The translations under genes were made by a program, and so were the position numbers. Of a DNA stretch of 64,000 bases, positions 36,665 to 46,606 are shown in pieces. The notes below the pieces were generated by a model, which saw nothing but the letters and a program-made list of their open reading frames with translations, did no database searches and was not told where the DNA came from. The stretch spans positions 3,712,001-3,776,000 of the forward strand of contig CBDDPY010000002.1 of NCBI GenBank assembly GCA_965232515.1. Reading direction: 5' to 3'. Each line of letters opens with the position of its first letter. Within the stretch, counting starts at the first letter, position 1. Source of the DNA: Alphaproteobacteria bacterium (GTDB lineage: Bacteria > Pseudomonadota > Alphaproteobacteria > GCA-2731375).

Positions 36665-36698
36665 GCGGCCCCAGCCTCGCGGTGGGGCCGTTTTTCTT
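36665..36698 (+). terminator. Rho-independent terminator between the DUF465 gene and mrpA
   Basis: CGGCCCCA-N9-TGGGGCCG followed by TTTTTCTT. Confidence 0.75.
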
Positions 36699-36822
36699 CG
36701 GCTGGTCCGCCTCTGCGATAGACCGCGTGTCCGGCCAGCGTTATCAGATCCGCCCGTCGATCGAATTCAGCCCGTGGTCGACGAACCACCAACAATCAAC
36801 CGAATAAGGAACCGGAAGCGGA

Positions 36823-39120
36823 ATGAACAGGTCGGCGTCGCGGGGGGATCAGCAAGCGGACGGCACTTACGGCGAGAGCGGCAAAAGCAGAGCCGGTTTC
36901 GGCTGGCTGCCGGCGTTGCTGCCTGCCGCGTTCGCAGTGCTTTTCGCAACCGCCCTGCCGACCATCGCCGATGGCGACCCTATTCGGCTCGCTTACAACT
37001 GGGTGCCAAGTCTCGGCATCAATTTCTCCCTGCTACTCGATGGCCTGAGCCTGGCCTTCGCGCTGCTGATCAGCGGCATCGGTTTCTTCGTCACGCTCTA
37101 TGCGCGAACCTATCTCGCCGGCCATCCGCATCTCGGCCGGTTCACGCTCTACCTGCTCGCGTTCATGGTCGCGATGCTCGGCCTGGTGCTGGCCGACAAC
37201 CTGATTACGCTGTTCGTGTTCTGGGAGCTCACCACCCTCACCTCCTACTTCCTGATCGGCTTCAATCATGCCTCGGCCGACTCCCGCCGGTCGGCGCTGC
37301 AGGCGCTGTTGCTGACCGGCGCAGGCGGGCTGGCATTGCTGGCCGGTCTCATCCTGTTGGGCAACGTCGCCGGCAGCTTCGAGCTCTCCGAGATCCTCGC
37401 CCAGGGCGACCTGATCCGCGGCCACGACCTCTACCTGCCGATCCTGATCCTGGTGCTGCTGGGCGCGTTCACCAAATCGGCGCAGGTGCCGTTCCATTTC
37501 TGGCTGCCCAACGCCATGGCCGCCCCGACACCGGTCAGCGCCTATCTGCACTCGGCAACCATGGTGAAGGCCGGCATTTACCTGCTCGCCCGCATGCACC
37601 CGGCGCTCAGCGGCACGGAGGTCTGGATCTGGTCGCTCACCATCTTCGGCGCGGTGACGGCGCTGGCAGCCTCCGTGATCGCGCTACGACAGACGGACCT
37701 GAAACTGGCGCTCGCTTATACGACCGTCATGGCGCTCGGCACGCTGACCATGTTTCTGGGCGCCGAGGCGACGGTGGCGATCGCCGCCGCGATGACCTTC
37801 CTGGTCGTGCATTCGCTCTACAAGGCGTCTCTGTTCCTGATCGTCGGCATCCTCGACCACCAGGCCGGCAGCCGGGACGCCGAACGCTTGCGTGGCCTCG
37901 CCCGCGCCATGCCGATCACCGCAGCCGCGGCCGCCGCGGCCGCGCTGTCCATGGCCGGCTTTCCGCCGTTCCTGGGCTTCATCGGCAAGGAGCTGAAATA
38001 CGAAGGGGCGCTGGCCATCGCATCGGAACCGGCATTCGTCGCCACGGCGGCGGTGCTGGCCAATGCCCTGATGGTGGCGGTCGCCGGCATCGTCGCGCTG
38101 CGGCCGTTCTACGGCAGGCGGATTACGGCGGCCAAGACACCGCACGAGGCGCCCGTCGCGCTGTGGATCGGTCCCGTCGTACTGGCGAGTCTCGGCCTGA
38201 TCTTCGGCCTCGCGCCCTCGCTGATCGCCGACAGCCTGATCCAGCCCGCCGTGACCGCGATCCTCGGCCGGCCGGAGACCGTCAAGCTGGCGCTCTGGCA
38301 CGGCATCAACCTGCCGCTCGCCCTCAGTCTGCTCACCTTCTCCATCGGCCTGACGGTCTATGTCGTCCACGAGCGTCTTCGCCGCCTGCTGATCCGCGTC
38401 GAGGCAGGACTGCCGGCCACGGCCGATCAGGTCTGGGACCGGTTGCTCGACGGCCTGAAGGCGGTGGCCGCGGTACAGACGCGCGTCCTGCAGGGCGGCC
38501 TGTTGCGGCGCTATATGTTCATCGTCTTCGCCAGCGTCGCCGTCGCCGTCGGCGTCACGCTCGCCGCGACCGAGGCGGTGCGCCTGCCGGCCGAATGGCC
38601 CGAGCTGCTGTTCAAGCACTGGGCCTCGGTCGCGCTGATCGCGTCTGGCGCCATCATGACGGCGCTCTCCAAGACACGGCTTGCCGCGATTTGCGCGCTG
38701 GGCGTCGTCGGTGTCGGTGTGGCCTTGCTGTTCGTGATGTTCGGCGCGCCGGACCTCGCCATCACCCAGTTGCTGGTCGAGACCCTTGTGGTGGTGCTGG
38801 TCGGCGTGGTGATGCTCAGATTGCCCGGCCTCGATCAAGGCGCCCGCCCGGGGCGCGGCGCCGATGCGCTGCTGTCGGTCGCCGTCGGCGCGGTGGTCGC
38901 GCTGACGCTGCTGGCGGTCGTCGCCAGCCCCATCGACCGCTCGATCACCGACTATTTCGAAACGGCGAGCGTCGCCGAGGCGTTCGGGCGGAACATCGTC
39001 AACGTTATCCTGGTTGACTTCCGCGCCCTCGACACGTTCGGCGAGGTGGCCGTCGTCGCGGTCGCCGCAATCGGCGCCTACGCCCTGATCCGCGGCACGC
39101 GGCGGCGGGAACAGCCATGA
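36823..39120 (+). CDS. mrpA: Mrp/Mnh monovalent cation/H+ antiporter subunit A
   Basis: [43 protein letters not shown] and [18 protein letters not shown]. Confidence 0.95.
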   Translation: MNRSASRGDQQADGTYGESGKSRAGFGWLPALLPAAFAVLFATALPTIADGDPIRLAYNWVPSLGINFSLLLDGLSLAFALLISGIGFFVTLYARTYLAGHPHLGRFTLYLLAFMVAMLGLVLADNLITLFVFWELTTLTSYFLIGFNHASADSRRSALQALLLTGAGGLALLAGLILLGNVAGSFELSEILAQGDLIRGHDLYLPILILVLLGAFTKSAQVPFHFWLPNAMAAPTPVSAYLHSATMVKAGIYLLARMHPALSGTEVWIWSLTIFGAVTALAASVIALRQTDLKLALAYTTVMALGTLTMFLGAEATVAIAAAMTFLVVHSLYKASLFLIVGILDHQAGSRDAERLRGLARAMPITAAAAAAAALSMAGFPPFLGFIGKELKYEGALAIASEPAFVATAAVLANALMVAVAGIVALRPFYGRRITAAKTPHEAPVALWIGPVVLASLGLIFGLAPSLIADSLIQPAVTAILGRPETVKLALWHGINLPLALSLLTFSIGLTVYVVHERLRRLLIRVEAGLPATADQVWDRLLDGLKAVAAVQTRVLQGGLLRRYMFIVFASVAVAVGVTLAATEAVRLPAEWPELLFKHWASVALIASGAIMTALSKTRLAAICALGVVGVGVALLFVMFGAPDLAITQLLVETLVVVLVGVVMLRLPGLDQGARPGRGADALLSVAVGAVVALTLLAVVASPIDRSITDYFETASVAEAFGRNIVNVILVDFRALDTFGEVAVVAVAAIGAYALIRGTRRREQP

Positions 39121-39536
39121 ACTCGCTGATCCTGAGCACGGCGACCCGGCTTCTGGTGGCGCTGATGCTGCTGTTTTCGGTCTATATGCTGCTGCGCGGC
39201 CACAACGATCCGGGCGGCGGTTTCATCGGCGGACTGCTCGCCGGCATCGGCTTCGCGCTTTACGCCATCGCGCACGGCACCGCCGCAGCGCGCCGCGCCC
39301 TGCGCTTCGAGCCGCAGGCCATCGCCATGGTCGGCCTCGGCATCGCCTTGCTGGCGGGACTGTGGGCCGCCGTATTCGGCGACCCGCTGTTCACCGGGCA
39401 GTGGTGGTTCGTCGGCGCCAGCGACGACGACAAGGGGCTGCCGATCAGCTCGGTCCTGGTGTTCGACATCGGCGTCTATCTGGTCGTCGTCGGCGCCGTG
39501 CTGACGCTAGTCCTGGGTCTGGAAGAGGAGGTCTGA
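39117..39536 (+). CDS. mrpB: Mrp antiporter subunit B
   Basis: [16 protein letters not shown] and FDIGVYLVV. Confidence 0.93.
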   Translation: MNSLILSTATRLLVALMLLFSVYMLLRGHNDPGGGFIGGLLAGIGFALYAIAHGTAAARRALRFEPQAIAMVGLGIALLAGLWAAVFGDPLFTGQWWFVGASDDDKGLPISSVLVFDIGVYLVVVGAVLTLVLGLEEEV

Positions 39537-39538
39537 TC

Positions 39539-39910
39539 GTGGAGGCCGTGCTCGCGCTCCTGATCGGCGTCCTGGTGGCCGCCAGCGTCTACCTGATGTT
39601 GGCGCGCAACGTGATGCGCTTCCTGTTCGGCCTGGTGCTGCTCGGCAATGCGGCCAACCTGACCATCTTTGTGGCCGGACGCCTGACGCCGGAAGCCCCG
39701 CCCCTGGTGCCGGACGGCCTGACCGTGCCGCCCGAGCAGGTGGCGAACGCCCTGCCGCAGGCCCTGGTGCTGACCGCCATCGTGATCGGCTTCGGCCTGC
39801 TCGCCTTTACGCTGGTGCTGGTCTATCGCGGCTATCAGACGCTCGGCACGCTCGACAGCGACGCCATGCGCGTCGCCGAGCCGGTCGAAACCGACGGCGG
39901 CAAGCCATGA
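39539..39910 (+). CDS. mrpC: Mrp antiporter subunit C
   Basis: [18 protein letters not shown] start after GAGGAGG. Confidence 0.93.
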   Translation: MEAVLALLIGVLVAASVYLMLARNVMRFLFGLVLLGNAANLTIFVAGRLTPEAPPLVPDGLTVPPEQVANALPQALVLTAIVIGFGLLAFTLVLVYRGYQTLGTLDSDAMRVAEPVETDGGKP

Positions 39911-41409
39911 ACTGGCTGCTCGCCCTGCCGATCGTGCTGCCGTTCGTGACGGCGGTGCCGGCGTTTCTGTTGCGGGACAGGGGCGCTGCCGGACGCTGGA
40001 TCAGCCTCGGCGGCTGCGTTCTGCTGCTGCTCGCATCGGCGGCACTGATGGCCGCGGTCTGGCGCGAGGGCGTCATCGCCGCGCAGATGGGGGACTGGCC
40101 GGCGCCGTTCGGAATCACCCTGGTCGCCGATCTGTTGAGCGCCGTCATGGTGGTGATCACCGCGATCACCGGCCTCGCCGTCGCCGCCTATGCGCTCGCC
40201 GACATCGATTCGCGTCGGGAGTCGCTGGGCTATCATGCCCTATTCCAGATCCTGCTGGCCGGCGTCTGCGGCGCGTTCCTCACCGGCGACATCTTCAATC
40301 TCTATGTCTGGTTCGAGGTGATGCTGATCGCCTCGTTCGGCCTGCTGGTGCTGGGCGGCGACAAGGCGCAGCTCGACGGCGGCATCAAATACGTCACCCT
40401 GAACCTGGTCTCGACGGCGCTATTCCTCGCCGGCATCGGCCTGCTCTACGGCATGACCGGCACGCTGAACATGGCCGACCTGCACCTCGCCGTGCGCGAG
40501 GTCGAGAATACCGGCCTGCTGACTGTTGTGGCCGTCCTGTTCATCGTCGCCTTCGGCGTCAAGGCCGCAGTGTTTCCGCTGTTCTTCTGGCTGCCGGCTT
40601 CCTATCACACGCCACCGGTCGCGGTGTCGGCCGTCTTCGCCGGTCTGCTGACCAAGGTCGGCGTCTATGCGCTGATCCGCACCTTCACACTGATCTTCAC
40701 GCACGACACCGGCTATACGCACGGCCTGCTGCTGATCATTGCCGGTCTGACCATGGTCACCGGCGTGCTCGGCGCCGCGGCGCAGAACGAATTCCGCAAG
40801 ATCCTGTCGTTCCACATCGTCAGCCAGATCGGCTACATGGTGCTGGGCTTGGCGCTCTACACGCCGCTGGCGCTGGTCGGCGCGGTGTTCTATCTGGTCC
40901 ACCACATCATCGTGAAAGCGAACCTGTTCCTGGTGTCGGGCATCTCCAAACGGCTGACAGGATCGTTCGAGCTGTCGCAGATCGGCGGGCTCTACAAGTC
41001 GAGCCCCGTGCTCGCGATCCTGTTCCTGGTGCCGGCCTTCTCGCTGGCCGGCTTCCCGCCATTGTCCGGTTTCTGGGCCAAGTTCCTGCTGGTCAAGGCG
41101 AGCCTCGATATCGAGGCCTATCTGATCGCGGCGACGGCTTTGGTCGTCGGTATCCTGACCGTGTTCTCCATGACCAAGATCTGGGCCGAGGCGTTCTGGA
41201 AACCGCATCCCGCTGGCACCGCGCCGGTGCTTGCCGCCGTCGCCCCAGCCGAGCGCTACGCCCTGCTGGCGCCCGTCGTGGCGCTCGCCGGCCTCACCGT
41301 CGTGATCGGCCTCTACCCGGAACCGTTCGTGGGCTTCGCGGAGCGCTCGGCCGCTCAGTTGCTGGATCCCGCGCGCTACGTCGCGGCCGTGCTGGGCAGG
41401 ACGCCATGA
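39907..41409 (+). CDS. mrpD: Mrp antiporter subunit D
   Basis: [30 protein letters not shown] and LLTKVGVY. Confidence 0.95.
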   Translation: MNWLLALPIVLPFVTAVPAFLLRDRGAAGRWISLGGCVLLLLASAALMAAVWREGVIAAQMGDWPAPFGITLVADLLSAVMVVITAITGLAVAAYALADIDSRRESLGYHALFQILLAGVCGAFLTGDIFNLYVWFEVMLIASFGLLVLGGDKAQLDGGIKYVTLNLVSTALFLAGIGLLYGMTGTLNMADLHLAVREVENTGLLTVVAVLFIVAFGVKAAVFPLFFWLPASYHTPPVAVSAVFAGLLTKVGVYALIRTFTLIFTHDTGYTHGLLLIIAGLTMVTGVLGAAAQNEFRKILSFHIVSQIGYMVLGLALYTPLALVGAVFYLVHHIIVKANLFLVSGISKRLTGSFELSQIGGLYKSSPVLAILFLVPAFSLAGFPPLSGFWAKFLLVKASLDIEAYLIAATALVVGILTVFSMTKIWAEAFWKPHPAGTAPVLAAVAPAERYALLAPVVALAGLTVVIGLYPEPFVGFAERSAAQLLDPARYVAAVLGRTP

Positions 41410-41879
41410 ACATCTTCGTTCTGAACGCCTTTCTGGCCGTCAGCTGGGCGGCGCTGATCGGCAGCTTTTCGGCGACCAACCTGCTGCTCGGCTACGGCAT
41501 CGGCTATCTCGCGCTCTGGATCGCGCGCCCGTTGTTCGGCGAGAGCAGCTATTTCGAGCGAGTCTGGCGCGTCCTGCGTCTTGCCGCCCTCTTCATCTAT
41601 GAACTGATCGTCTCCAGCCTGCGCGTGGTCTGGGACGTGCTGACGCCGACGCATCTGAGCCGCCCCGGCATCATCGCTCTACCGCTGGACGTAACCCGCG
41701 ACGACGAGATCCTGCTGGTCGCCAACCTGATCTCGTTGACGCCGGGCTCGTTGAGCCTCGACCTGTCCGCCGACCGGAAAACGCTCTACGTGCACGCCAT
41801 GTTCGTCGACGACCCAGAAAAAATCCGGCGCGAGCTGAAGATGGGCATGGAGCGCCGGGTGCTGGAGGCGCTGGAATGA
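41406..41879 (+). CDS. mrpE: Mrp antiporter subunit E
   Basis: [11 protein letters not shown] and LYVHAM. Confidence 0.93.
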   Translation: MNIFVLNAFLAVSWAALIGSFSATNLLLGYGIGYLALWIARPLFGESSYFERVWRVLRLAALFIYELIVSSLRVVWDVLTPTHLSRPGIIALPLDVTRDDEILLVANLISLTPGSLSLDLSADRKTLYVHAMFVDDPEKIRRELKMGMERRVLEALE

Positions 41880-42199
41880 TGTTCGACAACGGCCGGATTC
41901 TCGACCTGGCGATCGAGGCATCGTTTGGGATGATCATGATCGCCCTGGTGCTTGCCTTCATCCGCCTCGCGCGCGGGCCGAGCCTGCCGGACCGGGTCGT
42001 GGCGCTGGACCTCATCACCATTCTGGCCGTCGCCTTCTGCGCGCTGTTCGCGATCTCGTCGGACCAGCAGGCCTTTCTCGATGTCGCCATCGCGCTGGCG
42101 CTGGTGGCGTTCCTGGCGACGGTCGCGCTCGCCCGGTTCGCCGAACGGCGCAAGGCGCGTTCCGAACGGCGGCCGGACGACGCGGAGGCCGGACCGTGA
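41876..42199 (+). CDS. mrpF: Mrp antiporter subunit F
   Basis: RGPSLPDRVVALD and FLATVALARF. Confidence 0.93.
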   Translation: MMFDNGRILDLAIEASFGMIMIALVLAFIRLARGPSLPDRVVALDLITILAVAFCALFAISSDQQAFLDVAIALALVAFLATVALARFAERRKARSERRPDDAEAGP

Positions 42200-42561
42200 G
42201 CGAGATCCTGACCGCCTTTTTCGTCGTCGCCGGCGGCTTCTTCGCGCTGGCCGCGGCGCTTGGCGTGCTGCGTCTGCCCGATGTGCTGATCCGCATGCAC
42301 GCGTCCACCAAGGCCGGCACGCTCGGCTGCGGCCTCACGCTGGTGGCCGTTGCCGTGCATTTCGGCGAGATCGGCATCACCGCGCGCGCCATCGCCGCCA
42401 TCGTCTTCCTGCTGCTGACGGCGCCCGTCGCCGCCCACATGATCGGCCGCGCCGCCTATCGCACCGGCGTGCCGCTGTGGCACGGTATGACCATCGACGA
42501 GGCCGCGAAACCGCCGGCCGAGAGCGCCGAACGGCGCGAGCAGAGCGCGCCGTCCGATTGA
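42196..42561 (+). CDS. mrpG: Mrp antiporter subunit G
   Basis: RLPDVLIRMHASTKAGTLG and LTAPVAAHMIGRAAY. Confidence 0.93.
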   Translation: MSEILTAFFVVAGGFFALAAALGVLRLPDVLIRMHASTKAGTLGCGLTLVAVAVHFGEIGITARAIAAIVFLLLTAPVAAHMIGRAAYRTGVPLWHGMTIDEAAKPPAESAERREQSAPSD

Positions 42562-42585
42562 CAGATTATATATAATCTCCATAAT
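42558..42585 (+). promoter_or_regulatory. Sigma70 promoter with an embedded palindromic operator
   Basis: TTGACA-N16-CATAAT enclosing the perfect palindrome AGATTATATATAATCT (42563-42578). Confidence 0.7.
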
Positions 42586-42722
42586 TTTCGATGAAATCTA
42601 CAAGCCGTCGCGGGGTCGCGAATGCCCGTCGCCGGAAGGCGACGACGGGCCGGCCGGCCGTTGACGTCGAATGATGGACCGGCGGCCAGACACGAACAAC
42701 GGTCCGGGAGGGAGTGACCGAG

Positions 42723-43904
42723 ATGAGCGCAGACATGGAGATCGCGGCGGTCGAATGCCTGCATGCCGGCGCCGGCACGCGCAACTTCGATTTCGTCAAG
42801 ATCACGACGCGCGGCGGCCTGGTCGGCTGGAGCGAATATAACGAAGCTTTCGGCGGCCGGGGCCTAACCTCGGTCATCGAGCATATCGCGCCGCTGCTGA
42901 TCGGCCGGGATGCCCGCGCCACGGAAGCGATCGTCGCTTATGTGCACGCCATTCGCCGGCAGGCGCTGGGCGGCATCGTTCAGCAGGCGATCGGCGCCAT
43001 CGAGAACGCCCTGCTCGATGTCAAGGCGCGCGGCCTCGGCATTCCGGTCTACGAGCTGTTCGGCGGCCCGATCCGTCGCGAGATCGAGCTCTACTGGTCG
43101 CACTGCGGCACCTATCGCGCGGTCAACCACGAACAGCTCCAGATCCCGCGCGTCGACAGCCTCGACGACATCCGCGCGCTCGGCCGCGAGGTCGTCGAGG
43201 CCGGCTATCGCGGCCTGAAGACCAACCTGCTGCTGTTCGACGGCGAGACGCGCAGCCATGTACCGGGCTACGCGCGCGGGGACAACTTTCCGGAGCTGAC
43301 GGCCGAGCAGCCCTACGTCAAGGCGATCGCCGAACAGCTCGCCGCCTTTCGCGACGGCGCGGGTCCGGACACGCAGATCCATGTCGACCTGAATTTCAAC
43401 TACAAGACGGAGGGCTTCGTGCGCATGGCGAAGGCCATGGCGCCCTACAATCTGTCCTGGGTCGAGATCGACAGCCGCGACCCCGACGCCCTGCGCTACA
43501 TCCGCGACCAGGTCGAGATGCCGGTGGCGTCCGGTGAATGCCTGTTCGGGCGCCGGGAGTACAAGCCGTTCTTCGAGCGCCAGTCGTTCGACGTCGCCAT
43601 CATCGATGTGCCGTGGAACGGCCTGGGCGAGTCGGTCAAGATCGCGGCCATGGCGGAAGCGACCGAGATGAACGTCGCGCCGCACAATTTCTACGGGCCG
43701 CTGTCATCGATGATGAGCGCGCATTTCTCGGCGATCGTGCCCAATCTCCGGGTCATGGAAATCGATCCCGACCGGGTGCCCTGGTACGAGGACCTGGTGA
43801 CCGTGCCGCCGGAGGTCCGCAACGGCAAGATGATCCTGCCCGACGGACCGGGCTGGGGCACCGAGATCAACGAAGACGCCCTGGCGCAGCATCCGCCCGC
43901 ATAA
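42723..43904 (+). CDS. Mandelate racemase/enolase-superfamily dehydratase
   Basis: IENALLDVKAR.LGIPVYELFGG, VDLN, ASGE and APHN. Alternative GTG start at 42714. Confidence 0.88.
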   Translation: MSADMEIAAVECLHAGAGTRNFDFVKITTRGGLVGWSEYNEAFGGRGLTSVIEHIAPLLIGRDARATEAIVAYVHAIRRQALGGIVQQAIGAIENALLDVKARGLGIPVYELFGGPIRREIELYWSHCGTYRAVNHEQLQIPRVDSLDDIRALGREVVEAGYRGLKTNLLLFDGETRSHVPGYARGDNFPELTAEQPYVKAIAEQLAAFRDGAGPDTQIHVDLNFNYKTEGFVRMAKAMAPYNLSWVEIDSRDPDALRYIRDQVEMPVASGECLFGRREYKPFFERQSFDVAIIDVPWNGLGESVKIAAMAEATEMNVAPHNFYGPLSSMMSAHFSAIVPNLRVMEIDPDRVPWYEDLVTVPPEVRNGKMILPDGPGWGTEINEDALAQHPPA

Positions 43905-43932
43905 CAGAACGAATACAGGGGAGATCGAACGC

Positions 43933-44715
43933 ATGTTCCGACCGAACAGGCTGAAGCAGACCATCGCCACCGGCGGCCGCGCCTATGGTTTCTGGCTGAT
44001 GGGCGCCATGCCGACGTTGGCCGAAATCGCCGCCAATGCCGGTTTCGATTTCGTGGTCATCGACAACGAGCATGGCCCCGGCGACCTGTTCACCACGATC
44101 GCCATGATGCGCGCGGCGCAGGGTTCGGACGCCACCTGCATGGTCCGGGCACCCAGCCACGACCCGGCCCTGCTCTCGCGCCTGGTCGATTCCGGCGTCG
44201 ATACGCTGCTGATCCCGATGGTGAATTCGGCCGCGGAAGCCAAGGCCGTGGTCGATGCCTGCCTCTACCCGCCGGCCGGCCGCAAGGGCTTCGCCGCCGG
44301 CGCGGTGCGCGCCTCAGGCTACGGTCTCGCCGCCGACTATGTCGAGAAGGCGAACGACAATCTGTTCATCGCGGTGCAGATCGAGTCCGTCGACGCGGTG
44401 GCCCAGACCGCCGAGATCGCCGCCGTGCCCGGCGTCGATATGATCTTCATCGGTCCGAACGATCTCGCCGGCTCGCTTGGCCGGCCCGGCCAGTCGGACG
44501 ATCCGGAATGCGCAGCCCTGGTGGCGCAGGCCTGCGAGGCGGCCCGAAGCGTCGGCAAGCCGCTCGGCAGCATCCCGCGTAAGGGCATGACCTATCGCGA
44601 CGCGTTCGCGGAGGGCTTCCAGCTGGTGATCGACGGCGCCGACGTCGCGCTCTACCGCGAGGGTGTGCGCCAGGCCGTCGCCGGCTATCGCGAGTGGGCC
44701 GGCGCCTCAACGTAG
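43933..44715 (+). CDS. HpcH/HpaI-family class II aldolase
   Basis: FDFVVIDNEHG, YPPAGRKG, VQIES and FIGPNDL. Confidence 0.9.
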   Translation: MFRPNRLKQTIATGGRAYGFWLMGAMPTLAEIAANAGFDFVVIDNEHGPGDLFTTIAMMRAAQGSDATCMVRAPSHDPALLSRLVDSGVDTLLIPMVNSAAEAKAVVDACLYPPAGRKGFAAGAVRASGYGLAADYVEKANDNLFIAVQIESVDAVAQTAEIAAVPGVDMIFIGPNDLAGSLGRPGQSDDPECAALVAQACEAARSVGKPLGSIPRKGMTYRDAFAEGFQLVIDGADVALYREGVRQAVAGYREWAGAST

Positions 44716-45468
44716 GCCGGCGTCGACCTGCAGCACCTGCTTGGTGATCATCTCGGCTTCGTCGGAGGCCAGGAACAACGCCGCGCGGGCCACGGCCCGG
44801 CCATCGAGTTCCCGTTTCAGGCATTGCCGCTCGAGCACACCCCTGATCTTCTCTGCATCGAACCAGAGCCGGCGCTGCTTCTCGGTCAGCACCGCGCCCG
44901 GCGCGATGGCGTTGACGCGGATATTGTCCGGCCCCAGGTCCTTCGCCAGCGCATTTGTCATGCCCACGACGGCTGCCTTCGCCGCGCAGTAGGCCGGCAT
45001 GTCATGGCCGCCGCCCATCCAGGCGATCGAGCTGAAATTGACGATGGCGCCCCGGCCCAGCGCGCGCATGTCGGGAACCACGGCCTGAGCGGCGAAGAAC
45101 TGGTGGCGGAGATTCACGGCCTGCGTCCAGTCCCAGTAGTCGGCCGTGACCTCGCCGAGCTTGTGGCGCTCGTCGTTGGCCGCGTTGTTGATCAGGATGC
45201 CGATGGGGCCAAGCCGTTCCCGGATATCGCCGATGGCGCGCTCCAGCGCGGCGATATCGGTCAGGTCGCAAAGGCTGAAGTCCGGCACATGCCGGCTATC
45301 CGATAGTTCGTCGACGAGCGCCCGCGACGCCGCGTCCTGGATGTCGAGGAACGCGACGGCCGCGCCCTGGCCGGCGAATGCCCGCACCAGATCGGCACCA
45401 ATGCCCGAGCCGCCGCCGGTAATCAGCACCACGCGGTCGCGCAGATCGGGATATAAGGCAATCGTCAC
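44707..45468 (-). CDS. SDR aldose 1-dehydrogenase (Caulobacter XylB-like)
   Basis: YPDLRDRVVLITGGGSGIG, NNAANDERH, VNLRHQFF and YCAAK. Confidence 0.8.
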   Translation of the reverse strand: MTIALYPDLRDRVVLITGGGSGIGADLVRAFAGQGAAVAFLDIQDAASRALVDELSDSRHVPDFSLCDLTDIAALERAIGDIRERLGPIGILINNAANDERHKLGEVTADYWDWTQAVNLRHQFFAAQAVVPDMRALGRGAIVNFSSIAWMGGGHDMPAYCAAKAAVVGMTNALAKDLGPDNIRVNAIAPGAVLTEKQRRLWFDAEKIRGVLERQCLKRELDGRAVARAALFLASDEAEMITKQVLQVDAGLR

Positions 45469-45484
45469 GAGACCGGATCGCGGT

Positions 45485-46603
45485 TCAAGCGCCGATCCGG
45501 CGCTCGGTCTTCGGATCGAACAGACAGGCTTTCCGCATATCCACCGTCAGGCGGATGTTGTCGCCGGGCCGCGGCGCCCGATCCGGCTCGACTCGCGCCA
45601 CCATCTCCTCGTTGCCGAAGCGGAACACGACCATGGTTTCGGCCCCGGTCGGCTCCGTCACCTCGACATTGCAGTCGATCACGCCCATATGCGGCGGCAC
45701 CTCGCCATTTAGTTCCTCGCGCTCGCCGAAATTCTCCGAGCGGATGCCGAGGATCACCTCGCTGTCGACAAAGGCCGCGAGCCCGCCATGCGGATTGGGA
45801 ATCGGCAGATCGAAGCTCGATCCGTTGTCGTCGCTGACGGTGATCCGATGCGCGCCGTCGTTCGTCAGCGTGCCCCGGACCAGGTTCATCGGCAGCGCGC
45901 CCATGAAGCCGGCAACGAAAGTGTTGGCCGGCTTCTCGTAGGTCGTCTGCGGGTCGGCATACTGCTGGATCTGGCCGCCATGCATGACGGCGATGCGGCT
46001 CGCGAGCGTCATCGCCTCGATCTGGTCGTGGGTCACGTAGACGACCGTGGTCTGCAGGGCCTGGTGCAGCTTCTTTATCTCGGTCCGCATCTCGACCCGC
46101 AGCTTGGCGTCGAGATTGGAGAGCGGCTCGTCGAACAGGAACAACACGGGATTCCGCACCAACGCGCGGCCCATGGCGACGCGCTGCCGCTGGCCGCCCG
46201 ACAACTGACTCGGCCGCCGGTCTAGAAGCTGGTCGATCTTCAGGAACTCCGAGACCCGCTTGACGGCCGCATCCTGCTCGTCCTTGCCGACCCGGCGCAC
46301 CTGCAAGCCGAAGGTCAGGTTCTCGCGCACGGTCATGGTCGGATAGAGCGCGTAGCTCTGAAACACCATGGCGATGTCGCGGTCCTTGGGATGCACATCG
46401 TTGACGATCCGGTTGCCGATGATGACGTCGCCGCCGCTCGCATGCTCGAGTCCGGCGATGATCGACAGCAGCGTCGATTTTCCACAGCCGGACGGACCGA
46501 CCAGCACGATGAACTCACCGGCCTCGGCCTCCAGGTCGATGCCCTTCAGAACCTCGACCGTGCCGAAGTTCTTGTACAGGTTGGAAACGGTCAATGACGC
46601 CAT
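45485..46603 (-). CDS. Sugar ABC transporter ATPase (MalK/UgpC type)
   Basis: GPSGCGKST, DIAMVFQSYALYP and LSGGQRQRVAMGR. Confidence 0.93.
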   Translation of the reverse strand: MASLTVSNLYKNFGTVEVLKGIDLEAEAGEFIVLVGPSGCGKSTLLSIIAGLEHASGGDVIIGNRIVNDVHPKDRDIAMVFQSYALYPTMTVRENLTFGLQVRRVGKDEQDAAVKRVSEFLKIDQLLDRRPSQLSGGQRQRVAMGRALVRNPVLFLFDEPLSNLDAKLRVEMRTEIKKLHQALQTTVVYVTHDQIEAMTLASRIAVMHGGQIQQYADPQTTYEKPANTFVAGFMGALPMNLVRGTLTNDGAHRITVSDDNGSSFDLPIPNPHGGLAAFVDSEVILGIRSENFGEREELNGEVPPHMGVIDCNVEVTEPTGAETMVVFRFGNEEMVARVEPDRAPRPGDNIRLTVDMRKACLFDPKTERRIGA

Positions 46604-46606
46604 CGA

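Noticed and set aside
36774-39017. 747-aa Arg/Gly-rich ORF overlapping mrpA
   Set aside because: Alternative-frame artefact of GC-rich mrpA, with low-complexity R/G/P composition.
32557-42600. The pH module as a mobile genomic island
   Set aside because: No integrase, transposase, tRNA or flanking direct repeats were seen, and coding GC style looks like the flanks.
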